This document shows positions 1 through 8,616 of a stretch of DNA of 54,052 nt, in pieces (the first letter of the stretch is position 1; the number at the start of each line of letters is the position of its first letter). The translations under genes and the position numbers were made by a program. The notes below the pieces were generated by a model. That model saw nothing but the letters and a program-made list of their open reading frames with translations, made no database searches and was not told the DNA's origin. The stretch comes from Gammaproteobacteria bacterium (GTDB taxonomy: Bacteria; Pseudomonadota; Gammaproteobacteria; GCA-001735895): positions 1-54,052 of the forward strand of contig JBNKUM010000051.1 of the NCBI GenBank assembly GCA_050298595.1, read 5' to 3'.

Positions 1-1
1 A

Positions 2-145
2 ATGGATGTTTATAGAGCATTATTACTAAGGTCCATGTTGCCAACATCTGAAGCAATTGAAAGGCTTGAAACAAAAGTAATTACTAGAAAAGAAGCAATT
101 GGTATTATGTCCAAATACACGCTAAAACCTGAACCAATTGCGTAA
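2..145 (+). CDS. 3' part of an integron cassette ORF, probably truncated by the window edge; hypothetical
   Basis: Open frame ...MDVYRALLLRSMLPTSEAIERLETKVITRKEAIGIMSKYTLKPEPIA* ending 17 bp before an attC site. Confidence 0.6.
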   Translation: MDVYRALLLRSMLPTSEAIERLETKVITRKEAIGIMSKYTLKPEPIA

Positions 146-162
146 TACAAAAATGAAAACAC

Positions 163-234
163 ATCTAACAAGATGCTCCTATGGAAAATTTGTTCGCTGT
201 TGCTCTCAAATTCCCACAGAGCATGGCGTTATAC
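163..234 (+). mobile_element. attC site 1
   Basis: R'' ATCTAAC (163-169), imperfect inverted repeat ATGCTC...GAGCAT, R' GTTATAC (228-234). Confidence 0.85.
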
Positions 235-240
235 ACAAAT

Positions 241-552
241 ATGAATTTAAAAGAAGAAATCATTAATGGAGTGTTTTCTCATAAATGGCCTAGCGATGAA
301 GAGCTGGTTGAATATGCAAATGCTGGCCATGGCTTTGGAGGAGATGACGGTCAATACGGTGTTACTTACTCAACAGATTTAGATGAATATGAGAAAGCAG
401 TGGAAAAGGTAGATATACCCTCAGGCTATTTAGAGGTTTACTATTTGGATGTTGAAATCAAGTTAACGGAAATAGAATACTTGTCTTATTTGAAGAAACA
501 TCTAATTAAATCTGGCAATCAAAAGCTAGTTAATATGTTGCAAAATGTATAA
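241..552 (+). CDS. Cassette-encoded acidic hypothetical protein (103 aa), weak resemblance to toxin-immunity proteins
   Basis: Start moved from 181 (inside attC1) to the ATG just after R'; stop codon overlaps R'' of attC2. Confidence 0.75.
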   Translation: MNLKEEIINGVFSHKWPSDEELVEYANAGHGFGGDDGQYGVTYSTDLDEYEKAVEKVDIPSGYLEVYYLDVEIKLTEIEYLSYLKKHLIKSGNQKLVNMLQNV

Positions 553-624
553 CAATCACATTAAGTTTACTCCCTATGGTCGCCGGAACTCGCTGACGCT
601 CGGCCGCTTATGTGAGCGTTATAA
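547..624 (+). mobile_element. attC site 2
   Basis: R'' GTATAAC (547-553) is the exact reverse complement of the upstream R' GTTATAC; CACATTAAG...CTTATGTG arms; R' GTTATAA (618-624). Confidence 0.9.
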
Positions 625-636
625 GGCAAAAGCAAC

Positions 637-927
637 ATGAGTGATGAACAACAATATTATGAGGAGTGCTGTACTCACGGAAAACAGCAAGCAACCTATG
701 TATGTCAGCATATTGTTCAAAGTCTTCGTGATGGTATTTCAAGAGGGTTTTGGTCTGCCGAGCCAGAGCCTGGTGATTTGAGGCCTGATTCATGGTGTGA
801 CACATGCGAAGAAAAAGTAAACAGCACGGGTGGCGAATGGAATGATGAATCAGAAGAGTTTGCTGGCGTAACATTGCTGTGTGGTGCGTGTTATGACCGA
901 GCAAAAGCCATGAATAAGGCCAATTGA
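637..927 (+). CDS. Cassette-encoded Cys/His-rich hypothetical protein, probably metal-binding
   Basis: CxxH, CQH, WCxxCE and LLCxxCY motifs; bounded by attC2 and attC3. Confidence 0.8.
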   Translation: MSDEQQYYEECCTHGKQQATYVCQHIVQSLRDGISRGFWSAEPEPGDLRPDSWCDTCEEKVNSTGGEWNDESEEFAGVTLLCGACYDRAKAMNKAN

Positions 928-944
928 ATTGTACAAATATTGCC

Positions 945-1014
945 TTATAACCAGTAGCTCCACCCGACCAAAAACCGCGATGCGGTTTTCGTCGGGTGAG
1001 CTTCAACGTTAGGT
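945..1014 (+). mobile_element. attC site 3
   Basis: R'' TTATAAC complementary to upstream GTTATAA (match extends to 11 bp, TGCCTTATAAC/GTTATAAGGCA); long hairpin; R' GTTAGGT (1008-1014). Confidence 0.92.
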
Positions 1015-1022
1015 ATGCGTAA

Positions 1023-1598
1023 ATGATTCGTCAGTTTCTTATAATTGTGCTGGGTGTCTTCTTGTATCCAAAAATTACTAGTGGCTGTGAATTTCATGAC
1101 CAAAGGACAATTTCCTTTCAGTCCAATGATTCAAAAGATATGCTATCGATTAACTTTACTAGCGAAGATCACAACTGCATTGCTCCCAACCTTGAGGTAA
1201 CAATACGTAGTAGCTCTGGAGAAACGATATTGCGAAAAAGTGTTTATATATCGTCCACGATGTTCCATGAAGACTTTAGTTACGAGGATCGGCTACAAAA
1301 TGCTCAAGATCTATTTAATAGTCATGTCGATATGAGTATTTTAGATACTGGTGAATTGCCAGATAGAGTTATTTGCGAAAAATCTAAAGCAGAATGTGCG
1401 TATGAGGAATTTCCCAACGAAGGAGAAGAGTATTCGGACATGGCATATTCAAGCGATCTTGGGTTTCAAGAGTATTTAAGTTTAAAACAAAAAGGAATAC
1501 CAATGATAATTTTAGAGACGGATATAGAGCTATGGGAAGCCTTTGTGTATGACGACAGAGAAAAAAGGGCGCTATCAGTATTAAGCTATGCGCCGTAG
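1023..1598 (+). CDS. Cassette-encoded exported hypothetical protein
   Basis: Hydrophobic N-terminal signal; bounded by attC3 and attC4. Confidence 0.8.
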   Translation: MIRQFLIIVLGVFLYPKITSGCEFHDQRTISFQSNDSKDMLSINFTSEDHNCIAPNLEVTIRSSSGETILRKSVYISSTMFHEDFSYEDRLQNAQDLFNSHVDMSILDTGELPDRVICEKSKAECAYEEFPNEGEEYSDMAYSSDLGFQEYLSLKQKGIPMIILETDIELWEAFVYDDREKRALSVLSYAP

Positions 1599-1610
1599 AC
1601 AGAATTATAA

Positions 1611-1683
1611 ACCTAACAATCGCAATCACGCGGAAGTCAAAATCGCCGCTCTGGTTTTTCCTCCGGTGTTTGAGGAATTATGT
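1611..1683 (+). mobile_element. attC site 4, mutated core (ATTATGT instead of GTTATGT)
   Basis: R'' ACCTAAC complementary to upstream GTTAGGT; the R' G>A change is inferred from the downstream R'' ACATAAC. Confidence 0.8.
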
Positions 1684-1691
1684 GTAAAAGA

Positions 1692-2030
1692 ATGAAAGAT
1701 CCTTTTTCATATTCAGCTAGATGGGATTCAGTAGGCTTGGACTGTACCTTTTGTATTCATCAAAAGAAAGTGGAGTGGCCAAATAAAGATCGAAACTATT
1801 CATGTCAGCTGCATGCCATTTCATTAGCTGCAGCTATCGTTAATAGCGGATATTAAGAAGGGGAGTGGTTCTGCTCTTCATTCGAGAACAATGGCAGAGC
1901 CAATATGAAGGCAGTTAATGGGTTCGACTCTATAAAAAGACAACTTGAACCGAATGTCCTTTATGGAGCTTATGGAGAAAATGGAACACTTAAGGAAATA
2001 CCATTCTATGAACTACAGAAAAACACATAA
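1692..2030 (+). pseudogene. Cassette gene (112 codons, Cys-containing) interrupted by one in-frame TAA at 1854-1856
   Basis: MKDPFSYSARWDSVGLDCTFC...SGY*EGEWFCSS...QKNT* fills the cassette exactly and ends in R'' of attC5; absent from the ORF track. Confidence 0.8.
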
Positions 2031-2094
2031 CCAGGAGCTCCACCCGACCAAAAACCGCGATGCGGTTTTCGTCGAGTGAGCTTTGTCGTTACAC
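2025..2094 (+). mobile_element. attC site 5
   Basis: R'' ACATAAC, R' GTTACAC; body nearly identical to attC3. Confidence 0.9.
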
Positions 2095-2098
2095 TCAA

Positions 2099-2467
2099 AT
2101 GCAGAACCTCATTGTCACGAACGACAACCTTCGTACAGTCAATTGGAGTGAAGATTGCTTCAAGTACAGCGAGTTCTTAGGGGTCGCTCCGGAAGGCGAG
2201 CACATTGAAGCGGACTTTACCGTCTGCACGTTTAAGGATATTGATTGGTACTGGGGTATCTTCAATATCGTAAATTTTGTGGGATGTAAATTCATTAACT
2301 GCACATTTCGAGGTAGTTATTTCCCCGGTTGCCGCTTCGTTGACTGTGAGTTCGAGTGCTGTCACTTTGTTTGTGACAATCTCAACGGCGAGTGTGACTT
2401 TGAGGGTGCGGTCGCGTACGGATGCCAATTGTCAGACACTGAAGGATTTGGAGCCGAGGTTAAATGA
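2099..2467 (+). CDS. Pentapeptide-repeat protein (cassette)
   Basis: F-x-x-C-x pentapeptide periodicity (FTVCTFKDI, FVGCKFINCTFRGSYFPGCRFVDCEFECCHF); start moved from 2060 (inside attC5). Confidence 0.85.
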   Translation: MQNLIVTNDNLRTVNWSEDCFKYSEFLGVAPEGEHIEADFTVCTFKDIDWYWGIFNIVNFVGCKFINCTFRGSYFPGCRFVDCEFECCHFVCDNLNGECDFEGAVAYGCQLSDTEGFGAEVK

Positions 2468-2485
2468 ATGACCTATCAAAATCGT

Positions 2486-2505
2486 GCCTAACCAGGCGCT
2501 CCAAC
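2486..2505 (+). mobile_element. Truncated attC (left half only)
   Basis: GCCTAAC-CAGGCGCTCCAAC is a typical attC start, but there is no complementary right arm. Confidence 0.55.
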
Positions 2506-2895
2506 TAAAGAAATGAATGTTAAGCTAGAAGAAGCTCGTGTTCCAATTAAGACAATGAAATATGACGAAAAAAATTAGAGGGTCTACCGGCTCCTGTACA
2601 GCGTTATTTTCACTCCGCACTTATGGACGGACAAAAGATAATTACTGCTGTTTATATGGAGCAAAGTGGCACCTTTAATATGAGCGAAAACGGTGATCAG
2701 TGGAAGATGTTTACCGCAATCCAACAAGTTATCACCAATCGGCCGGGGTTTGACTGGGAGGCTCGAATCAAAATGGCGCCTCTTACTGTTGTAAATGTGC
2801 ATGATGCTTATATCGCTGGGGAAGGCATTCTTAATGCTTCGTTATATGGCTTGGCAACACTCGCGAGTCGCGTGGCACGCCTGAGGTGGCAATGA
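2504..2895 (+). pseudogene. Fragment of a DUF6544-like gene, truncated at both ends and frameshifted near 2570
   Basis: TKEMNVKLEEARVP..YDEK / LEGLPAPVQRYF..DGQ..QSGTFNM..W..F...RPGFDW.ARI; frame change in the A-run at 2568-2574. Confidence 0.6.
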
Positions 2896-3030
2896 CTAAA
2901 CTAAGTTTACTTACTCTTATCTAAGAGTTGGATTATATTGTTGATGGCAGCTCTGTTGTGGCATTGTTGACGGTTAATTGTAGTGTGAAAACGCTAAAAC
3001 TCTTTGATGAATTAATGAGCGAAAAGTAAA

Positions 3031-3118
3031 GCATATCAACATGCTGCAGCGGACAGTTCACCCGCTCCGGTTTCAGTTATCACTCCAACCGCCCTGCCGC
3101 TGAGCTCAAACATTGTCC
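3031..3118 (+). mobile_element. Degenerate attC
   Basis: GCTGCAGCGGAC...GCCGCTGAGCT arms typical of attC, but both core sites are eroded. Confidence 0.55.
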
Positions 3119-3307
3119 TACTTTCGAGCATCCATAGTCTCGTACTCTCTGGCATCCCTGCCAGGATTATCCGGCCTACGACTCATATTTGATCTAGCGA
3201 ATAGAAGTGCATTCGTTAATCTACTGGTTTGACGGATGTCGGTAGAGTAAAGGTGTAGCTCGGTTGTCTAAGACTCATAGAAACATGAGTCTGCCTTGTT
3301 TTAGCCA

Positions 3308-5170
3308 TTACTGCGTGAGTTGATGATCTGGATTCAGGCCTGTTACCTCGATCGCTCCGCGGTCAGGGCGGTTGTCACGCGGGTTGCCATAGAAGTCTTC
3401 GGTGATTGGCAGATCGAGAGGTATGTCGTTCTCATCGATTCGTGTACCCGTGTTGATGAGTGGAGAGTAGTCAAGCAGATTGCCAGAAAAATCAGTCGTA
3501 ACATACGGCGCCGCTGTGCCCTCTCGGAACAGATCTCCCACCCAGTCGCGATACCATGCAAGACTGCTATACCAGTTGAGGAATGGTGTGTCGTAATAGT
3601 TGTAGCCTGCGAAGTCCAGGGTATCGCTGAGCCCGATGAATTCAGGAATGATGTTGTTGTAGATGGCCGATTTGACTGAGGCTGGGCCGGTAAGTCTGAC
3701 GGAGAAACTATCACTCAGCAAAGTTCGGCCCTGGCCACTGACATAGGAGTCACCCTCAATCCTGAGAAGCGAGTTATTGCGGAAGATGAATCCGTCAAAA
3801 CCATCTGCAATGATATTCAACATAAATCCACCAGATGGCCCAAAGATGTTGTTCTCAAACAGGAAGTTACGTAGTTTGATTTCGCTCATCCAGTTGCTGT
3901 AATCCGCATAGGGACTCGACTGCAGCATGATGATCATCGACTCAGTGTGATAGATAAGGTTTCTCTTGAAACTGACGTTGCGAATGTCGTAGCCCATATT
4001 GGCGCCAGCCTCGTAGGTGATGATGTACGGCTGGAATCCATCAGAGTGGATATTGCAGGTTGTACCCATATTGTCATTGTAACCATCATCCGTGTTATAG
4101 ATTTGATTCCCTTCTATCAGGTAGTTCCTGCCAAGAATAAGGCCAAGGCCATCATGGGTGACATGGTGTATGCGATTGTTGCGGATGATGACGTCGTGGG
4201 CACCACCATGAATTCCGTGGGCTGTGTGTGTCACTTCATTGTCTTCGATGATGATATAACGACCACCGATCTCTATCCCGGTATTGTTAAAGTAAACGGT
4301 GCAATCTGTGGCACTGGCAATGGGGCCGATTCTGTTTACGATATTGTTTTTGAGATGAACGAATCGACCATGCTGGATGGAAACCCCATCCTCAATGGCC
4401 AAACCTTCTATGCGAATTCGAAAATCGCGCAGGGTCGGATTGAGCGGCCCACTAATGGCATATTCAGAGTCTTTTGGATATTTATCGTTATAGCCGCTCG
4501 GCGTTATACGATTACCAATTTCCAGTCTCCCCAACCGTGCAAGGTGCTCCGCCCCAGGAGCCGCCTTGTAAGTTACCCAGTCTGTATACAGGGGGGGGCG
4601 GTTTTCTAGCGCATCGACCGTGTCATAGGGATTGCTGGTAAAGGCGAGTTGAACATCCCCATAATCTCCTTCATACAGCAGGACAGTATCGCCGCTCGCT
4701 ACTACCGCATTAGCCTGGGCAATAGTTGCAAACGGAGAGGCTTCAGATCCTGTGCCATTTACAGGGTCCCCGGTTACGGCATTCACGTGATAGATTTTTG
4801 GTGCAGCTGCGTGATGACAGTTTACAGTGTCAGCATAATCCATCAGGCCATCCTGATTGTTATCAAAGCCATCACCGCAGATCTCAGGCTCGCTCGGGTT
4901 TACCGAGCTGTTCATATCATTCAGGTCATCACCACCGCAGAAGCGAGACTTGTGGTTGTCATAGTCTCTGTCCAGGCAGTTGTCCACGTCATTAGTGACT
5001 GCGACATCCTGACCGTTATAATGAAGCCACTCAATCCCACCAGAGGGGGAGTTCGGCGAACTCGGGGGAGAGCTTGTTTCATTGCCGCCTGATGAGCAGG
5101 CAGCGATGAGGAGAATGAGTCCAAGGGGCAATAGGCGAGCAGGTATATTTTTAAGATACTTGGGGAACAT
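3308..5170 (-). CDS. Lipoprotein with Cys/Asp-rich metal-binding-type motif and right-handed parallel beta-helix (pectate-lyase-like fold)
   Basis: Lipobox IAAC, Ser/Pro linker, PEICGDGFDNNQDG motif, GSEASPFATIAQA, repeated I-x-x-N-x-I strands, C-terminal DFYGNPR...DRGAIE. Confidence 0.75.
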   Translation of the reverse strand: MFPKYLKNIPARLLPLGLILLIAACSSGGNETSSPPSSPNSPSGGIEWLHYNGQDVAVTNDVDNCLDRDYDNHKSRFCGGDDLNDMNSSVNPSEPEICGDGFDNNQDGLMDYADTVNCHHAAAPKIYHVNAVTGDPVNGTGSEASPFATIAQANAVVASGDTVLLYEGDYGDVQLAFTSNPYDTVDALENRPPLYTDWVTYKAAPGAEHLARLGRLEIGNRITPSGYNDKYPKDSEYAISGPLNPTLRDFRIRIEGLAIEDGVSIQHGRFVHLKNNIVNRIGPIASATDCTVYFNNTGIEIGGRYIIIEDNEVTHTAHGIHGGAHDVIIRNNRIHHVTHDGLGLILGRNYLIEGNQIYNTDDGYNDNMGTTCNIHSDGFQPYIITYEAGANMGYDIRNVSFKRNLIYHTESMIIMLQSSPYADYSNWMSEIKLRNFLFENNIFGPSGGFMLNIIADGFDGFIFRNNSLLRIEGDSYVSGQGRTLLSDSFSVRLTGPASVKSAIYNNIIPEFIGLSDTLDFAGYNYYDTPFLNWYSSLAWYRDWVGDLFREGTAAPYVTTDFSGNLLDYSPLINTGTRIDENDIPLDLPITEDFYGNPRDNRPDRGAIEVTGLNPDHQLTQ

Positions 5171-5221
5171 CCAATTACTTCAACTTTATATTGTACGAGG
5201 TTTGAGGTTGATACAGACTAA

Positions 5222-5486
5222 GGACCTGTTAATACTAATTTAATTATCACTGCTGGAGACCATTTTTTCTTCCAGCAAGACAGAAGGAGTGCTATGTAGT
5301 TATTCTACATAAGCGACTGATAGCGCCGCTGGAGGGAAAATGGTCCCAGCCCTTCGGGTTGAGGTTTAAAAACTGCCACTCGTTGTTGCTCGTCGCTCAT
5401 TTGGAATGACCAAACCACGCTTCTCGCGCCTAGATTGGCGGTTTTTAAACCTCAACAGAGGTAATTAAATTAGTCTTAACAGGCCC
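5222..5486. mobile_element. MITE (265 bp) with IS5-like ends and TAA target duplication
   Basis: ~26-bp terminal inverted repeats GGACCTGTTAATACTAATTTAATTA / TAATTAAATTAGTCTTAACAGGCCC; TAA at 5219-5221 and 5487-5489; two long internal hairpins; no ORF. Confidence 0.85.
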
Positions 5487-5581
5487 TAAGTAAATATGCT
5501 ATCTGTGCTAAGTATAGACAGCTTTTTCTGTCTGACAATATTAAGGGCGCAAACTCGTAACGTGCGCTAAAAAGACTTGCT

Positions 5582-5660
5582 TAGGGTGAGGCGAACCTGG
5601 CGAACCGCACAATTGTGGATGATGAAGGGATGATGCGGTTCTTACCTCACCACATCCTGC
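5582..5660. repeat. Degenerate REP-like palindromic pair
   Basis: TAGGGTGAGG..GAACCGCA / TGCGGTTC..CCTCACCACATCCTGC inverted arrangement. Confidence 0.45.
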
Positions 5661-5672
5661 GGCACAACAGCG

Positions 5673-5706
5673 ATTTCCCTCAAATCCATGTTCAACAGCG
5701 GAATCC
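5673..5706. mobile_element. Isolated end of the CCTGGATTCCGCAGTTGA-ended MITE family
   Basis: CCCTCAAATCCATGTTCAACAGCGGAATCC matches 39150-39180. Confidence 0.65.
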
Positions 5707-5707
5707 T

Positions 5708-5785
5708 TAACTCTCCATTCTCGTCTATGGCGCTCAACAGGTGCTATTGATCCATCTTCAGGTTTCGGGCCAACGCCTTATCTAT
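5708..5785 (-). pseudogene. 5' relic of a GbpR-like LysR regulator
   Basis: Translates as (I)DKALARNLKMDQ*HLLSAIDENGEL, resembling the first helix of a LysR HTH; ATA start, internal TAG, cut at a MITE end; divergent from chvE. Confidence 0.6.
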
Positions 5786-5801
5786 ATACCAAAATTGGTA
5801 A
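5785..5801. promoter_or_regulatory. Probable LysR-type operator upstream of chvE
   Basis: Dyad TACCAAAATTGGTA abutting the start of the LysR relic. Confidence 0.5.
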
Positions 5802-5952
5802 GTCAATTAAGAATAATGTTATTTGAAAGAAATATTAATCCCATTTAAGGTGTAATACCGGATGTAAACTATATCCGTTTTACATACTAATTAACTATAA
5901 ATAGCGACTTGAGGTAAACCAAATCAGGTTGCGCTAAATGCTTGAGGAGTAA

Positions 5953-7014
5953 ATGATGAATATCGTTAAGAAATTACTGTTACCTGTCACTCTCGCTGCA
6001 ATGATGGTTGCTCCTGTAGCACATGCTGCTAAAGGATATGTTGGTATAGCAATGCCAACCAAATCCTCTTCACGCTGGATCTCTGATGGTGATTCAATGG
6101 TTAAGCAGTTTAAAGCTGCTGGCTATAAGACTGATTTGCAATATGCTGAAGATGATATCCCTAACCAGCTTGCGCAGATTGAAAACATGATTGTTAAAGG
6201 TGTAGATACTCTGGTTATTGCAGCCATAGATGGAACAACCCTTTCAAATGCACTGGAAAACGCTCATGCCGCGGGTATCAAGGTTATTGCCTATGATCGT
6301 CTGATTCGTGATAGCGCCTATGTTGACTACTATGCAACCTTTGACAACTTCAAGGTAGGTGTGCAGCAGGCTAGCTCATTGGTTGAGGGCATGAAACAGC
6401 GTGGCAAGGGTCCATACAATGTCGAACTGTTCGGTGGGTCTCCTGATGATAATAATGCTTACTTCTTCTATAACGGCGCGATGTCGGTGCTTCAGCCATT
6501 GATTGATGCAGGTACGGTTAAGGTAGTATCTGGACAGATGGGTATGGACAAGGTAGGGACTCTGCGATGGGATGGTGCGGTTGCCCAGGCTCGTATGGAT
6601 AATCTACTGTCGGCTCACTACACCAAGAAACGTATACACGGTGTGCTTTCTCCTTATGATGGCCTGTCTATCGGTATTCTGTCTTCACTAAAAGGTGTGG
6701 GTTATGGATCAGGTGATATGCCTATGCCTATCGTTAGTGGTCAGGATGCTGAATTGCCTTCGGTTAAATCTATTCTTGCCAAAGAACAGTATTCAACGGT
6801 ATTCAAGGATACTCGTGAACTGGCTCGCGTTACTGTAAGTATGGTTGATGCAGTACTGAAAGGTGGCAAGCCAGAGATAAACGATACCAAAACCTATGAT
6901 AATGGCGTCAAAGTAGTGCCTTCTTACCTGCTTGAGCCGGTTTCAGTGGATGCCTCTAACCTGAAGTCTGTGCTGGTCGGTAGCGGCTACTACAAAGCAA
7001 GTCAAATTAAGTAA
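5953..7014 (+). CDS. chvE: Multiple-monosaccharide ABC transporter substrate-binding protein
   Basis: Signal peptide; [69 protein letters not shown]. Confidence 0.95.
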   Translation: MMNIVKKLLLPVTLAAMMVAPVAHAAKGYVGIAMPTKSSSRWISDGDSMVKQFKAAGYKTDLQYAEDDIPNQLAQIENMIVKGVDTLVIAAIDGTTLSNALENAHAAGIKVIAYDRLIRDSAYVDYYATFDNFKVGVQQASSLVEGMKQRGKGPYNVELFGGSPDDNNAYFFYNGAMSVLQPLIDAGTVKVVSGQMGMDKVGTLRWDGAVAQARMDNLLSAHYTKKRIHGVLSPYDGLSIGILSSLKGVGYGSGDMPMPIVSGQDAELPSVKSILAKEQYSTVFKDTRELARVTVSMVDAVLKGGKPEINDTKTYDNGVKVVPSYLLEPVSVDASNLKSVLVGSGYYKASQIK

Positions 7015-7030
7015 TTTCCTTCCTCATCTG

Positions 7031-7058
7031 ATCAGGCCTTGCGCTCGGCAGGCCTGAT
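7031..7058 (+). terminator. Intercistronic stem-loop after chvE
   Basis: ATCAGGCCT...AGGCCTGAT; no U-tract. Confidence 0.5.
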
Positions 7059-7074
7059 TAACCGGACTTAAATC

Positions 7075-8598
7075 ATGAATGATACGATTCTTGAGATGCG
7101 TAGCATTACGAAGTCCTTTCCGGGTGTAAAAGCGCTTGATGAAGTTAGCCTGAAGGTTCGTCGTGGTGAAATACACGCACTTTGTGGTGAAAACGGAGCA
7201 GGCAAGTCTACCCTGATGAAGGTGCTGAGTGGTGTTTACACTCATGGCAGTTATGAAGGAGAAATTCTTTATGAAGGCCGCCCAATGGCATTCCACGATA
7301 TTTCAGAAAGTGAGCTCGAGGGGATTATTATTATCCATCAGGAGCTGGCTTTGGTACCTTTGTTGTCCATCGCTGAAAATATTTTCCTGGGTAACGAAAT
7401 CAACAATCGCGGCATTATTGACTGGCATGAGACTCATGCTCAATCTGCCAAACTGCTGGAAAAAGTCGGCCTGAATGAGGCGACTGCTACGCTGATAGAA
7501 AAGCTGGGTGTGGGTAAACAGCAACTGGTTGAAATTGCCAAGGCTCTTTCCAAGGAAGTTAAGTTGCTTATTCTGGATGAGCCGACAGCTGCGCTGCAGG
7601 AAAATGATAGTCAGAAGCTGCTTGAGCTGTTACTTGAGTTCAGGCGTCACGGCATTACCTCGATTCTTATTTCGCACAAACTAAATGAAGTGAGCCGGGT
7701 TGCTGACAGTATTACCGTGCTACGTGATGGCAGGTCGGTTTCAACGCTGGATTGCACCAGTCAGTCGATTAGCGAAGAGGATATTATCCGCGACATGGTA
7801 GGGCGTGATATGGCGCATCGCTATCCAGCTCGCGATTGCAAGATTGGTGAGCGCCTGATGGAAGTCAGGGACTGGAACGTCTGGCATCCAGAATCACTGG
7901 AGCGCCAGGTAATTAAGAATGTCAATTTCCACGTCAGTGCCGGAGAAGTCGTGGGTATAGCCGGCGTGATGGGCTCGGGTCGCACCGAGCTGGCGATGAG
8001 TATTTTTGGTCAGAGCTATGGCCGTAATATCAGCGGTACCGTTGAGTTGCACGGCGAAAAAGTGGATGTATCTAACGTCAGTGCTGCGGTGAAGAATGGT
8101 CTGGCTTATGTCACCGAGGATCGTAAGGAACTGGGCCTGGTACTTGAAGAATCAATACTGCGCAATACCACCCTGGCTAACCTTGATGGTGTGTCCGACA
8201 AGCTGGTAATTGATGAAAATCGTGAACGTGAGGTGGCAGAAAATTATCGTCAATCCTTACAGATCCGCACCCCTTCCGTATTTCAGAAAGTAGTCAACCT
8301 GTCGGGTGGAAATCAGCAAAAAGTAGTGTTGAGTAAATGGTTATTTGCCAACCCTAAAGTACTTATTCTGGATGAGCCTACCCGAGGTATCGATGTAGGT
8401 GCCAAGTTTGAAATTTACACGATCATCAATGAATTAGCAGAGCAGGGTAAAAGCGTGGTGTTGATTTCATCCGAAATGCCTGAGCTGCTGGGTATGTGTG
8501 ATCGTATCTATGTTATGAATGAAGGCGCGTTTGCCGGCGAACTGGATGGCGCTGAAGCCAGCCAGGAAAAGATCATGTCCCTCATTGTCAGATCTTAG
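7075..8598 (+). CDS. gguA: Sugar ABC transporter ATP-binding protein (GguA/MmsA)
   Basis: GENGAGKS Walker A, two ABC domains, [22 protein letters not shown]. Confidence 0.93.
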   Translation: MNDTILEMRSITKSFPGVKALDEVSLKVRRGEIHALCGENGAGKSTLMKVLSGVYTHGSYEGEILYEGRPMAFHDISESELEGIIIIHQELALVPLLSIAENIFLGNEINNRGIIDWHETHAQSAKLLEKVGLNEATATLIEKLGVGKQQLVEIAKALSKEVKLLILDEPTAALQENDSQKLLELLLEFRRHGITSILISHKLNEVSRVADSITVLRDGRSVSTLDCTSQSISEEDIIRDMVGRDMAHRYPARDCKIGERLMEVRDWNVWHPESLERQVIKNVNFHVSAGEVVGIAGVMGSGRTELAMSIFGQSYGRNISGTVELHGEKVDVSNVSAAVKNGLAYVTEDRKELGLVLEESILRNTTLANLDGVSDKLVIDENREREVAENYRQSLQIRTPSVFQKVVNLSGGNQQKVVLSKWLFANPKVLILDEPTRGIDVGAKFEIYTIINELAEQGKSVVLISSEMPELLGMCDRIYVMNEGAFAGELDGAEASQEKIMSLIVRS

Positions 8599-8616
8599 TG
8601 GAGAGAACAGAGAATA

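Noticed and set aside
181-240. ORF-track starts at 181 and 2060
   Set aside because: Both lie inside attC sites; ATGs at 241 and 2099 just after R' fit cassette structure
608-1006. 132-aa minus-strand ORF
   Set aside because: Antisense to a cassette gene and crosses two attC sites
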